Below are positions 40,201 to 53,400 of a DNA stretch of 64,000 bases, piece after piece. A program made the position numbers and the translations under genes. The notes beneath the pieces were generated by a model. It made no database searches. It was not told the origin of the DNA and saw nothing but the letters and a program-made list of their open reading frames with translations. Position 1 is the stretch's first letter, and every line of letters begins with the position of its first letter. Source of the stretch: Dipteris shenzhenensis (Eukaryota); NCBI GenBank assembly GCA_047967505.1, contig CM106538.1. The stretch is one strand, 5' to 3'.

Positions 40201-43200
40201 GAGTAGGCCAATTTCGGATTACCTCGACCTTCTTGGGATCCACAGAGATGCCTTGAGCTGAAAAAACATGTCCCAAATATTCGAGTTGGGTCTTGAAGAA
40301 CTCACTCTTCTCAATGTTGATGTAGAGAGAATTTGCGCGCAGAACTGTAAAAACTGGTGAAGATGTTGTTTGTGCTCATATAGGGATCTGATGAAAACGA
40401 GGATGTCAACTAGGTAAACGATGACAAACTTATCGAGGAAAGGTCTGAAGATGTCGTTCATTAGTATCATGAATGTGGCCGGGACATTGTTTAACCCAAA
40501 AGACATGACCAAACATTCATAGTGTCCATACTTTTTTCGAAAAGATGTCTCGTACTCATCGCCTTCTCGTATGTGAATTTGATGATAACTTGAACGAAGA
40601 TCAATCTTTGAGAATTGTGTTGCGTGTAGAAGTTGATCGAAGAGGTCATTAATGCGAGGCAATGGATAATTGTTTTTGATAGTGATCTTATTGAGGGCTC
40701 AGTAATCGAGCAGAGGCGCATTGACTTATTCTTTTTTTCCACAAGTAGTACAGGAAATCCGAAAGGGCTACGATTGCACCGAATGTGACCTTTATCGAGT
40801 TGTCTTTGGATTTCTTCATTTTGAGTGTAAGAAACCCGATAAGGAGGTTTCGACGGTGGATGGATTACTGCCGGAAATAAGTTCGATTGGATGATCCACT
40901 AGTCGTCGAGGTGGTAACTGCTTTGGCAATTCCTGTGGAAAAATATCCAGGTAGGGCTGAAAAAAAGCTTGGTTGAGGTATTCAGGAGGATCCTTTGTTG
41001 GTGTCTCCTCTACTGCCGTAACCAACAAAAGTGAAGTCTTTACTTGACATTTACGAACCCACTTCTTTACTTGTAGAACAGAGGCAACTAGGATTGATGG
41101 ATCATAGTCGTAGAGCCACTGTTGTCTATGTATGACATCGCACCGAGAAAGAGGCATGATGTCGAAGTTCAACTTGTCCATATAATGTTGGATGTGAAAA
41201 GACAAGTTTTTAATCCTGGTGTTGCACAAGAAGATACTTCCATTTGCAAATTCACTCTGATAGTCCATAGAGACTAGGTTTGGTGGTCAACCGAAGTTTA
41301 TCAACCATAGAACTAGCTAGAAAGTGATGAGAGCAACCACTGTCGATGAGGATAGTGACCGTTGTTCCACGAATCGATCCTTAAACAATGTACTTGAGTG
41401 GCCAGGGAAGGTTCGGGGCTGCTGGCAAGGCTTAGGTGGATGGTATTTGCGATTCGAACAGCTTTGCCTTTCTTGTCTTATGCTGGGGTAGCATCTTCTA
41501 TTTGGGAAGTACTAGGTTGCATATTGGAATTTTGCTTTGGTCGCTTGGGACAATCGAACCATCTATGGTCGCCTGTACAAATGATACAAAGTCCTTTTGT
41601 GTTGGGGTTATTCTTCTTGTCAGTGGCCACACCTTTATGTTGGGGATGACAATGACGACTTTGTGAAGAAGAAGAGGCGTGATCCTTGGAGGAGTGCTTT
41701 TGTTGAAATCCAGCATACGATTTCTGAGACTTGTGGGGATCTTGAGATTGTCGCTGACCTTTATTACTCAAGTTTTTTCTAAACCTAGGGTTATCTTGAG
41801 GACAAGCACCTTTGGCCATAGTAGAGTTCTATGTTCAATTAGCACTCTGCTTCCTTGTGTTTTGGAAATCTGTAATGCGCTCTGCGTAAGCAATAGCGCC
41901 AGCTGTGAAGGTGATGTTTGCTTTAAGAACATCAATGCGTAACGAGGGATTTAGGCTTGAGATAAAAGCATGAAGGCGATCATCCTAAGTAAAACCATCA
42001 ATCTCCAGCACCAATGTGGTGAACTGAGAGATGTAGGAAGACAGGGAGCCTGTTTGCTCCAACTGTCGGAGTTTAGAACGTGCTTGGAAATCCGCATTGG
42101 CAAGTATGAACTGCTTACGGAGCACGTGTTCAAAACGTTCCCAAGTTAACACACTTTTGCCGTCCTTTAAGCGTCTTTGCCACCATAGGAAAGCTGTATC
42201 CTTGAGGAGGGAGGCTGCCAAGGCAATCTTTTTGCCTTCAGTGAGGTCAACAGTATCAAAGTACATGTGCAATTTTGTGAGCCATTGGTTAACTGTTCGG
42301 CAATTTCGTTGGCCAATGTAGGCTTCCAGAGGTTTAATGTCAAGTCTTTTAGTTTTCGAAGCTTGGAGTAAACGATAGAGGGCACGGAGTTCAATGTTTT
42401 CTACCTCTGATGGGAATGAGTCCACATAGTCGTCTGGTTGCGTCACGTCATCCTCTGTATGTGTAGTACTGTGAGAATCTTGGAGTTGTTGGACTTTCTG
42501 GACCAAGTCGGAGATGATGTCCTGAAGCTGGGAAATTTGAAGTAGTGCTTCACCTTGTAAGTTGACTTCAAGGGCCTTTTTTAGACTTGAGTCGCTTATC
42601 TCCAGAGAGGCTCCACGCGAGCGTTGCAACATATCTCAAGTCCCTGTGAGAAAAGCACGAACCTACGCTCTAGTTTGTACCATTCCTGGAAGAAGATTTG
42701 GGCTGCTCCCTGAGGTTGCTCATGTTGGAGGGGACAGGAGAAGCAGAATGGAACGAGCTGTGGAAATCCGGTAAAGGAGGTCCTGTCTGAGGTAACACTG
42801 GTGATGCCGAAATGGGTATTACTGCTCGTGAAAGTACAGGGGTAGGTTGCAGAGTCCACGGATCTGAGAAGGGATAAGGAGCTGCTATCGGAAGTGGAGG
42901 ATATTCAGGAGGAGTGCCTTCAGAGTATAAATACTGTCTTGGGGAAGGTACAACCTGTATAGGAGGATATCTAGGAGCTGAAGGAGGTGGAGAGTACCCT
43001 GGAGATGCTGAAGCTGAGGGATAAAAGTCTCTCCAAAGATGGACAGCAAACTTGTGAGGAATATCGGGTTCTGGATATCTTCGTGTCTCGTGGAACACAA
43101 CCTGGACTTTGCTGAGGAAGTAATGTAACTGAGGTGCCTCACGCACAAAATGTAGGATGTGGTCCAAATCACTAGGAGGGCACGTGACACAGAAGACCCA

Positions 43201-46200
43201 CGATGCCAAAGCTCCGAAATGGGCTGGTTTTGCAATCTGAACATGATTTTGTGTGGTAGATGATGCCTGAGGTGTCCTTGAAGGGACAAGTGAATTACCA
43301 GGGGTTTCCATGCTTTAAGGAAGCAGCTTTCATTTGCTGTAATTTGATAATAAGCGTCAAATGACAATATGAAAGCGAATCCTTAGAAGTAGAATGGAAG
43401 GAATCCACCTGGCATTGATTTAATCTGCCAATTAGTTGCGTAGAAAAAGCCTGCAGATCGCTGTCCGGAGGTCCATACTGCTGTCCTTGCAAATCCACGT
43501 GGATGTGTGAACCAGAAATAGGTGCCGGGTAGACTTTCGAAGTAGACAGCGGCGTTGGCAGAGGCTGGATGCAGAAAAGGCAGATTTCCTGCGTTGATTT
43601 CAGAGAACAAGTGCCTGTGGGGTGCGAGGAGCAGATCTCGGCCTGGTTGGACAGGATTGGAAAACAGCAACTCGGCACTTTTCACAGGCTGTCTGCATCG
43701 TGATAGAGGGCTGAACCGCTGCTGGCCAAAAGGGAGAGAGGGGGGGAGGGGAGGAGGGGGGGGGTGCGCAGGCTGCGTATGGCGAAACAGGCTGCTGGCT
43801 ACCGAGGGCTGATTCGCGGCAGCCTGGGCAGGGATTCTGGCGCTGATCTAGCGCTGCAGGGCTGGCAGCAAACCGCCCGCGGGGGGGGGGGGGGGGGGCT
43901 GCATATGGCGTGGAGACATGGCGGATCCTGCGTGACCAAAATCCGTACGGTCAAGGGGAGGCGAGCCTGCGTGACAAAAACCCGTACGGGCGTCGAAATG
44001 GATCGTCCCTTTTTCGTTTGTGGCTGCCTAGGTTGGGTGGTTGCCAAAAATTAATGTGTGGGTTTAATTAACCCGTGGGTAGTCTAGGGTAAGACCTAAG
44101 GTATGGGGCTGGGTTATCCTTTTTAGCCCCTCTAGGTACCCTTTTTAAGGTGCTTGGTGCCCAAAAGGTGTGCCTATTCTAAGGGGTGTGACCCTTGGAA
44201 TAGGTGTACCTTTTCATGAAGGCGTGTGACCCTCTTTTCAAAAGGGGTGTCCCCACATGAAGAGGTGTGTCCTTTTTCCCACGATGGGGTATGTCCCTTG
44301 GGTGAGGAGTCAAAACTCTTCATCAAAAGGTGTGTCCGATGGTGGAAAAGGTGCGTCCCTTGGTTTTGAAACAACCCAAGCACATGAAAAGACACGATTT
44401 TTGTCGTGTCCATTCACATCAACTCATGATGTGTGGGAGATGGAGAGGCCACAATGATGACTTTAGGCAGGGTTGGCGCTAAAAAATTTTACGCTCATTC
44501 TCTCCATCTCTTCCATGCACAAAGTGCACGGATCCTTCTGGCCGAAAAAAATGTATCAGATAGGCACTAGAAGCTGGGGGGCATTTCCTACAGGCAGGAG
44601 CAAAATTTGCTCTGATACCACTGTAAGAAATCCTAGATTTACTATATTTAGAAACGTGCTAAGGAACAGAAAGAAGATTGAAATAGCAAAGAACAAGGAA
44701 TAATTGTATTGCTTGAGTGTCTGTAGTATCTGTAGTGTGTCATCCATACAATTGGGCCTCTCTTATATAGAGAGTGAAGAGTCACACATGAAAAGGTGTG
44801 TACTCCAAAGTGTATGTGCATGAAGAGGTGTGTACCCCTTGTGAAGGATGTGACCCTTGATGAGAGGGTACATTACAATAGGAGTGTCTCTTCAATAGAG
44901 TGTCTCATAGGAAGTGTCCCGTCGAAAGGGCATACCTTTCCACAAGTGTCCATTCATCAAACAATCCATAAGTCTAAGGTATAGAGAAAGGAATACGTCA
45001 CAGATCGTGACACAAACAATAATAGATTTTCACCTCAAAAGCCAAAATAATCCTCTCTTTCATTCCCAAATTATCCCTCACTCGAATTCAAAAATTGAAA
45101 ACTCACACACTACTCAGAATTTTCAGGTCACTTTTGTCTCAGTGCTTGTTTGGTCTCAGTGCTTACTCTTAAGCAGTAGTCCTGGCAATTCTGACACTTA
45201 GGCATCTTAACTCGATTATTGCAAGTTATCCCGCCTCGGAGCCTCTTTAGTCTGCCTTCCGTTTGCTGGTGTTGATTGTTATCTACAACCTTTGTTGCCT
45301 TTTGTCTTCCTCTTTTTCTTGCTCCAAACATGTTCTGTTACGTCTTTCGGGCACTGTTTCATGCTCTGTATCGTGCTCCCTTCCCTTTTCTACTTCACGG
45401 TGTTCTTTTTTTCGACACAAGCTCATCTCTGTCCTTACACCACTACCACGATATTGTGGAGCCGCTTCACCACCTCCTTTTCTCACGGATGCTGCTGTAA
45501 TTCCAACACCTTGTGTGATCTCTCTTCAAGAAGCTGCGTGCTATAGTCACATTATCAACTTTCCAACCCGGCTTTTTGTTAGAAAATACCCAACAGAGGG
45601 TACACGCAGCGGAAATAATGCCCAGGAGCTCACACAGTGTGCGGTGTGGGTGTGGAATCACAAACTTCTTCTTATGTGCATTCAATAGGTGTGCAGACTC
45701 GTCAATAAACAATGAACCAAACCAGATAGAGAAACCACCAAATAATATATTTCCGTCCACAACTATGGACACAATACAAAAGAGACAGATCCAGAGTCCC
45801 ACCAATGGTGTGGTCCTCTGATCTTACCACAAAAGTCCTTCTCCTATCTGCTGGCTATCTCTAGACTAGAGTCTGCGTGCTCTACCTCGAGCGTGAGTAG
45901 ACTTTCCGTCTAGAATGATCTTCTCCACCTTGCTGTCTGGAAACCAGTCTAGGTGGGCAGCTTCCTGTTAGCTAAGTCTGCAGTTTTGATCTCACGATAG
46001 TCACTCATAAGATTGAAAACCATAAACTCCATCACGCATAGCAGGGACTAGCTACTATGACACGTCACCAACACCCAACAGTGGGTGTAGACCATAGTAT
46101 AAAAATATGCTCTCACACATACAAATCCACACACCCACACATGCTTGAGCATCCATTTATACAGAGTCTTTGTAGTGAGTTTCTGTCGGCACTCCGGAGG

Positions 46201-49200
46201 TGAAGGGCAGAGTTGGCCGTGACGAAGGCTAGCACTAAAGGAGAAGGCTAATTAAAAAATAGTCCAAAATCTCTTTATTCAAGCTACAACTGCTTGTGAA
46301 GTCTAAACGATTTTATTTTAGTCTCTCCCAAACAAGCATCTAAATCTAGTTGATAGGGCAACGCACCATTTAAGATAGAAAGAATTATCGCAATACCAGC
46401 AAGCCGCAACTTGGACGAAAACTTCACAAGGTGAAATTTGCATCTCCGCTAATACGGCAGAAGCATATACCTAGATGAATCCAAGAACATTCCCAAACTC
46501 ATCCACTAAAAACACAACATACACGATAGTCACTCATAAGATTGAAAACCATAAACTCCATCACGCATAGCAAGGACTAGCTACTATGACATTGATACCC
46601 CATCTACATTTGTAAGACCCTCCGCAATACGTCCTTTGGAAGCAAGTCTATTACCCTTGAGTGTGATTGCAAAATCATCAAGAGCCAATCCTTGTACTAA
46701 CAACCTGTGTCCATATATCTTATAACAAAACCAGCTGTCACCCTCCTGCTATCAAAAAATTCTGTTCACTATCTAATTGAAGAATTTATATAAGACAGTA
46801 ACCTATCAGTATCGTTGTAGAGACCAAGGGGGTCTCTTCCCTGGTCAAAAGTAAAGGATGGATGAGGGTGATCGGACCAATTCTAAAATTGGTTTCCAGG
46901 CAACATTCTAAGAGTGTTAAGTCTAAATGCAAGGATTGCAGTGCATTAAGAAGTCCTCCAAAGCCTGGTCTACTATCATAAAGAGAGAGCAAAAGAGAGG
47001 TCATAGAACCAAAAAGCATGAATTACCTGTGTGTAAATTGAACAAAGCCACAACCTTTCCCAACAGGAATCTTTACAGAAATCAAATCACCGTATTGACC
47101 GAAAACTTGTCTAAGATCCTGATCTGTAACATTAGGGTCCAATCCACCAACAAACACCTGGAGACGATCAAAGCACCACATATGTTTTTAAAGAAACCTT
47201 GTGAGCTGCAGCAAAGAGCCACCAGGTAAACCAAGCACATAGCCTTCACAGCATGCATTCATAAACCATTCTGCTTCCAAAGTTTCAAGAACAGGGCTGC
47301 TGGCCTCATATAAACTTGGATCACATTAGCAGAATTGGGGGGGGGGAGAAAAAAAAGTAAAGCCTTACAGTGGTGTTATTGGGATCACTATCTGTTGCAA
47401 ATCCCTGTGTCTGAGCACCGTAGGCATTTTGATATGGAGCAGAGGCTGCATAAGATTAAATGCAAAAAATAACACAGTACTTAAAAGGATTGAAAACCCT
47501 TGCAAATGAGACCCAAAAAAATCATGAAAGCTATTTTCTTAACAGCGATAGAAGGCAGATGTCAATATATTCCAAAGGAGAGGGCAGACACAAATGTAAG
47601 AACTTATTGACTCATTTGAAATCATGTGACCCTTGCACATAAGCTATTGTTACCCAGGCTCATAGCCATGCTCCATATCAACATCAGCATGCAAAGCTTA
47701 GTCTCACTCCAAGAATGAGACGGTGGTGCCCCACCAAAAACTAGAGATGAATGCACAACCGGTAGCTACAGAAGATGCGCAACCAACTAGAAATTTTTGC
47801 TCTTATAATTACAATTCAAAAAGTCCTTAAAATTTGGAAGACAGCTACAACCACAGATACGCCAGATCCACGGGGAAACCAGTGCATAAAGATGAAACTG
47901 AACAGATAATAAGAGATGGTGATGATAAACAGTACATCAAGTAGATTTGGCTCCTCTAAATTAAGTAAAGGTTGTTCTTGTGAAACTAAGAATGTATAGC
48001 GCCACAAACATATTTTCCAATCCCAGTTGCCAACTTTAAATTGATTAGGGGATTTGCAGAAAAGATCCTAGTACAAGGTATATTAAGTAACCACACTGTG
48101 CATAATTTTACAACAACGAATAACTAAGAAAAGTAGCATTTGTATGCTACACAGTCAAAGTCAATGCGTCAAGTGCAGTGAAATGACAATTATGGGAGAA
48201 CTGACCTAAGTAAGAGGCCACCCACTAAACACGAGGATGCTTTCCTGTTGAAGGTTACTGTTCCAGGGCCCCTTAGTGAAAAGAGCCTCTTGACCTCCTG
48301 CTTTAAGACAAAATCAGCCTTATAAGCCTTAAAATCCAGCTTTACCTTTTGCTATTTTTCCCAAGTTGAGAAACTTCAGATAGTTTTCACAGCACCAAAA
48401 GCTGCTGAATCAGGAAAATCAACGAGGAAAGGAAAACTGAAGGAAACTGAAGGCAATTGTAAGAACTGAACAAACACTAAATCCATAAAATTGGTTCAGT
48501 GAAAGCTTCAGAGAAATAGGAAACTCGAAATGGGAAAATTCAGAGCCTTTTCTAAGTGAAACAGATGAAAGAATCAAATTGGAGGTTTTCTTGTGTCTTT
48601 ACTCAGTAATCTCCATGGTAAAAGCTCTGGGTGAAGGAATTTGATCAAACTCTACATTGGAAGGTATTGAGCATCCAAAGTTCCATGCTACTTGCCCTTG
48701 TAAAGATACCTCTTAGCAAAGGCCTAATATTGCATGTACTCCTAACAACACTAGCCTTACTGTTACACGGTAGGTCTTATGAGCTTCACACAATACTGAA
48801 TTTGTGCAAGGCATGCAATTTTTCAACACTTTGTGCAAGTCCAATATTACATTTTGTAAGTACTGAGATCTTTATAGATGCAATTACAGTACCTTTCGCA
48901 CTATATTGTTGAGCCACACCCAAAGACTTCTTTGGTGTTGCAACACTTATACGCATAGGTCTGCTGGAGCAATACACGCCATTCATTTCTGTCATTGCAT
49001 GTGTCCTTTCATTCTCCTCTCCAAAGCGAACAAATCCATACCCCTTTGACCGACCAGAAACAGGATCCATTACGACCTTTGCACCCTTTACAGACGGATA
49101 ATGAGACCTGAATGTCTCTTGCAACACATAGTCAGTCACATCAGGTGCAAGATCTCCAACAAATATAGAAAGGTCTGAGCCACCTTCCATGCGTCTTTCT

Positions 49201-49641
49201 CCCATGCCAAATGAAGCCCAGTTTAGCCTAAAAGTTTGCTCTGTTTGTGGCATGAGTGTACCATTGTATGTCTGCAAGATTCTCTCAGCAGCAGCATGGG
49301 AAATAAATTCAACAAATCCATAACCTTCAGAGGCCATCGTCTGCTTGTTTCTGATAATCTTGACGGACAGCACCTACAGAGGATATTCAAAAAATGAATT
49401 GCTTTAGGACTGCTATGACACAACATAGCACTTTAGAATCCACAAATTTTAGAAATGCTATGACCAACATGGCGTAGAATCCACAATTGTTAGAAAATAT
49501 TTCCAATATAAATTTGGGGACTGCAAGAAAAGGAAGGCCTTTCTTCTTCACAAATGAATTCATTTGCTTCAATTACCATATCACATAAAGCCGCATACTG
49601 CAATTTCAGGGATGACAAAAAGACTGAATTCCTTGAGTTGA

Positions 49642-49697
<56 letters not shown>

Positions 49698-50353
49698 ACT
49701 CTCTCTCTACATCCATTGCCCTCCCCACTTCTATCCTACTCATGGGTAGGCTGAGCTCCATGGCTCAGCCAGGGGGTTGGCACCAGATTTTGAAGAAGCC
49801 GTCATATGCTTTGCAAGTCGACTGCACCCTAGCCGATGTAGTTCAAAGTTTCACCTCGTCCGCGGCCATAGTTTGAATCAGAAGTTCAACCTGTTGCAGC
49901 TTAGCCAATGCAGGTCAGCCCATTGCAGATCAGCTCGTCTGCCACCACAGAAGTTCAGTCCGCACTAGCTGCCTGCATAGCTCGAAGTTGCAAATCGTCT
50001 GCAGTTGCCCTGCCGTCGCCATAGCGTGAAGCTCGGAAGTGTTGCAGCTCAGTCATAACAGCAGAACCAAACCCAAACAGGTTGCATTTTGCAGCCCGGC
50101 TCTCTCTTCCAAGCTCATCTCGCCTCCACACAGCAACAGGTCAGCCTACATTCTATACAGCTTGACTCCTCAAAAGAACGAAGGAAAGAAGGGAGTTTAG
50201 ACGCGACTAGAGACAAAATTATGAGTAAATGAGAAATAATAATAAAATCAAATTTTGGAAGTTCAAAAATAATAACACTAATAATAACAAGATGAATTTC
50301 ATTCAAGTGGCCTGCCCCGAGAGAAAGAAGAAGAAAAAGAAGAAGAAGAAGGG

Positions 50354-50397
<44 letters not shown>

Positions 50398-50413
50398 GAG
50401 GAGGAGGAGGAGG

Positions 50414-50448
<35 letters not shown>

Positions 50449-53400
50449 GGAGAGGGCAGGCCAAAGAAGACTGAGTGAGTGAATGCATGAATTGAAAGCC
50501 CCTTACAACAGCTTCAATGGAGCATAAGTGGACCAATCACCTTCAAACAAATAGAATGTCTAAAAAATACCTATTTTTCCTTTCTTATCACACATCTTCC
50601 ACTAAGTAAAGCTACGCTTATGTTCTCATCAGTACCCAAGCATAAGCTCTCATCTAGGTTCCAAAAGATTCCAGAATCTCTTGGGTAGATCCCAACTTAA
50701 GCAAAAAGCCACTGAGTTAGCAAATATGGAGGCAGCTAGAAACAAGGGAAGTGGGCTGTTTACATTGGCTAGGCACTCATCAGGGAGTTCCAATTGAACC
50801 CTAAAAACTCTCAATCTATAACTGATGTAAGTAAGTAGGTTTTGGGAGTGGATGCCCACATTAATGGCTTCATTATTCAGTTTTTTTGCATTTTTTTAGT
50901 CTCATGGATCTTTTGGTCTCCTGCAGATTAAAATAGACTGTTTTAGGAGTGGATGCCCACTTTAATGGCTTCATTATTCAGATTTTTTGCATTGTATCTG
51001 ATTTTTTAAATCTCATGGATCTTTTGGTCTCCTACAGATTATAATAGACTCTCTCTATCTCTCTCTCTCTCAGCAGAGGGGCTGCAGAGACACTTGGAGG
51101 CCCTAGAGGTGTTCTGCACAGAGAGAGACCTGACAGTCAACCTTGGGAAGACCAAGGTTATGATCTTCAACACCTCACATGCTCCATCGACTCAGCTTTT
51201 CAAGACGAGTCAGTGGAAATAATGCAATCCTACACCTATTTACAATGAGAGTCTCGATCTAATTCTCATTAGTGATAACAAAATTTTATTTCTTGCCATA
51301 GAGGAGCACTTCTTAGGGTTATTTTCTTCTACCTCCTTATAGCAAACCGGTGTGCTATTTCACATGCTCAAATTTAGCTTGCCCGCAACGCTTAACATTG
51401 ATCTCATGGAGATGATGGGAGCTAGTGGGGGCGTCTTGTCAATTTGCAAGGCTGTTGTCGTGGCATAAAACTTGTGATGGAGCAGTGGCAGTTGTCGATG
51501 TGTGGGGCTCGCTATGCTCTGTAGCCTTGTAGCTTGTCTCCGGTTTGATTAGGTGGAGAAAAGGTTCCCCAAGGTGGTCTATACCCTAGTCCATTGGCGA
51601 GTCTAATGGATCTTTGGCTCGTGTGCTTGTAGCCGAAGTCTCGAGTCCTGTTGATTGGTGCTGTGTGGTTGGGAAAACTTAGTGATGATGCTATGCGTGG
51701 AGTTTGATTGTGTAGACTGATTTGCCTATGTGCTTTCAAAGAGTACAGGAAAATATGTAACAAAGGATATGAAAATTACTCAATAAAGAATGGCTCCTCT
51801 GACTCGATATCTTGGTGATCGCATAAGGTGTAGATGCGATCTTCTCTGGGTATGCCCTTCGCTCGACCATTCTTAATATGGGGTTCAGACTACAAACGCG
51901 AGAGGCTTTCATATATATTTTCCCGAGCTCAAAATAGCCAGGATATGCTGAAATGGAATGGCGGTCTATCGTCCTTAGTTGCGATATATTGGGAAAGAGA
52001 ACCGTTGGGAGAATGTGGATTCAAAAGTATGAAATTGGAGCACAATAAAAATTTTGAATAAAAGAAACAAGGGAATCTTTGAATGGCTGAGAAAAAAAAT
52101 GGGAAGGATAGTGTGTATATACCTAGATGAATCCAGGAACATTCCCAAACTCATCCTATAAAAACACAACATAGTGCAGTTTCAATCTCATGACAGTCAC
52201 TCACAAGGTTGAAAATCATAAACTCCATCATGCATAGCAAGGACTAGCTACTATGACATCCCCACTGACGTCATAGTGCCCAACAGTGGGTGTAGACCAT
52301 AGTATAAAAATATGCTCTCACACATACAAATCCACACACCCACACATACTTGAGCATCCATTTATACAAAGTCTTCATACTGAGTTTCTGTCGGCACTCC
52401 GGAGGTGAAGGGTAGACTCAGCCATGATGAAGGCTAGCACTAAAGGAGAAGGCTAATCAAACGGTAGTCCAAAATCTCTTCATTCAAGCTACAACTGCTT
52501 GTGAAGGATAGTGTGGATGTTGCTGATTTCCTCTTGGATGAATAGTGACAATGCATGCAAAATTTAAAGCATATAAGCAAAAGGCCAATGCCAAAGAAAT
52601 GCATGGAAAGATAATTTCTAATGATTGGATGAGCTCTTTCTTTATAGCCCAAATGTAATCAATCTTCTTTCCACAAGTTCAGCGTCCAACGATAAATATC
52701 TCAAGTTGTGGCAAAGCTATGTATAGGATCTTTGAGCAGCATCCTACAGCATATGGTAAATCTAGAAAACCAACTTGCCGTCCCCTCAATTTCAGCGTAG
52801 ATATGTTCCTAACTTCATCTGACATCATAATGCTACAGATGCAAATGTCGGTGCTTCGTTGTACAGGACAAACCACTGAGTGAGTGCAGCAGACTCTGCA
52901 ACTACCCGAAGGACTTTCAGTCTTCCTAAGAGAGGAGAAAGCTTAGAGGCCCAAAAAAAAGTTTTGTGCGGCCTTTTGCCACGTACGCTGAATTTAGAAG
53001 CCCCTTCAATTAGAGTCTGCGAGCTCGGACGCCACTTTGTTACCAGGAGGGATGAAATAACACAAAGATAGTTACCGCTTATGGGAAAATTAATCTCTTG
53101 AAATCTAAAAACACGATCTTCCCGGGCTCAAGGCAGTTAGGATCTGCTGAACGGTATCGAAATCCACAAGTTCGCACAATTCCCACAGTTTACATCGGGC
53201 ATCCAACGATCGACATCTCAGAGCACGGGATGCATCCCAAAAACGTCTACGAGGAAGAAAAGAATAGACACGTTTCTTCAAGAGAATATCTAAAAAACTT
53301 ACTTCTCCACTGTGCACGAAACAGTTTCGAAGGTAGCTCTCCTCCATCCAAAACTGCAAGTCTCCTACCCAAAGTGTTCTGACTTCTTCGTGAGTCTGGG

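Larger units (their letters stand above)
37674..45012 (-). mobile_element. Full-length Ty3/Gypsy chromovirus LTR retrotransposon (decayed ORFs) in intron 4
   Basis: LTRs 37674-38087 and 44622-45012 (TG..CA; about 18 substitutions plus 22-nt and 1-nt indels). TSD CAAAC at 37669-37673 and 45013-45017. tRNA-Met PBS TGGTATCAGAGC at 44609-44620. PPT at 38088-38099. Domain order gag-PR-RT-RH-INT-chromodomain. Confidence 0.96.

Noticed and set aside
48786-48892. ORF extension of exon 2 (GTVIASIK..)
   Set aside because: Read-through past a canonical donor; family homology resumes in exon 3.
49490-50536. RE/LS-repeat ORFs
   Set aside because: Products of (GA)n/(CT)n microsatellites in intron 1.
53105-53302. 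ORF extension of exon 1, and the upstream TTG start at 53635
   Set aside because: Intron read-through after the GTAAGT donor; eukaryotic initiation is expected at the ATG at 53617.
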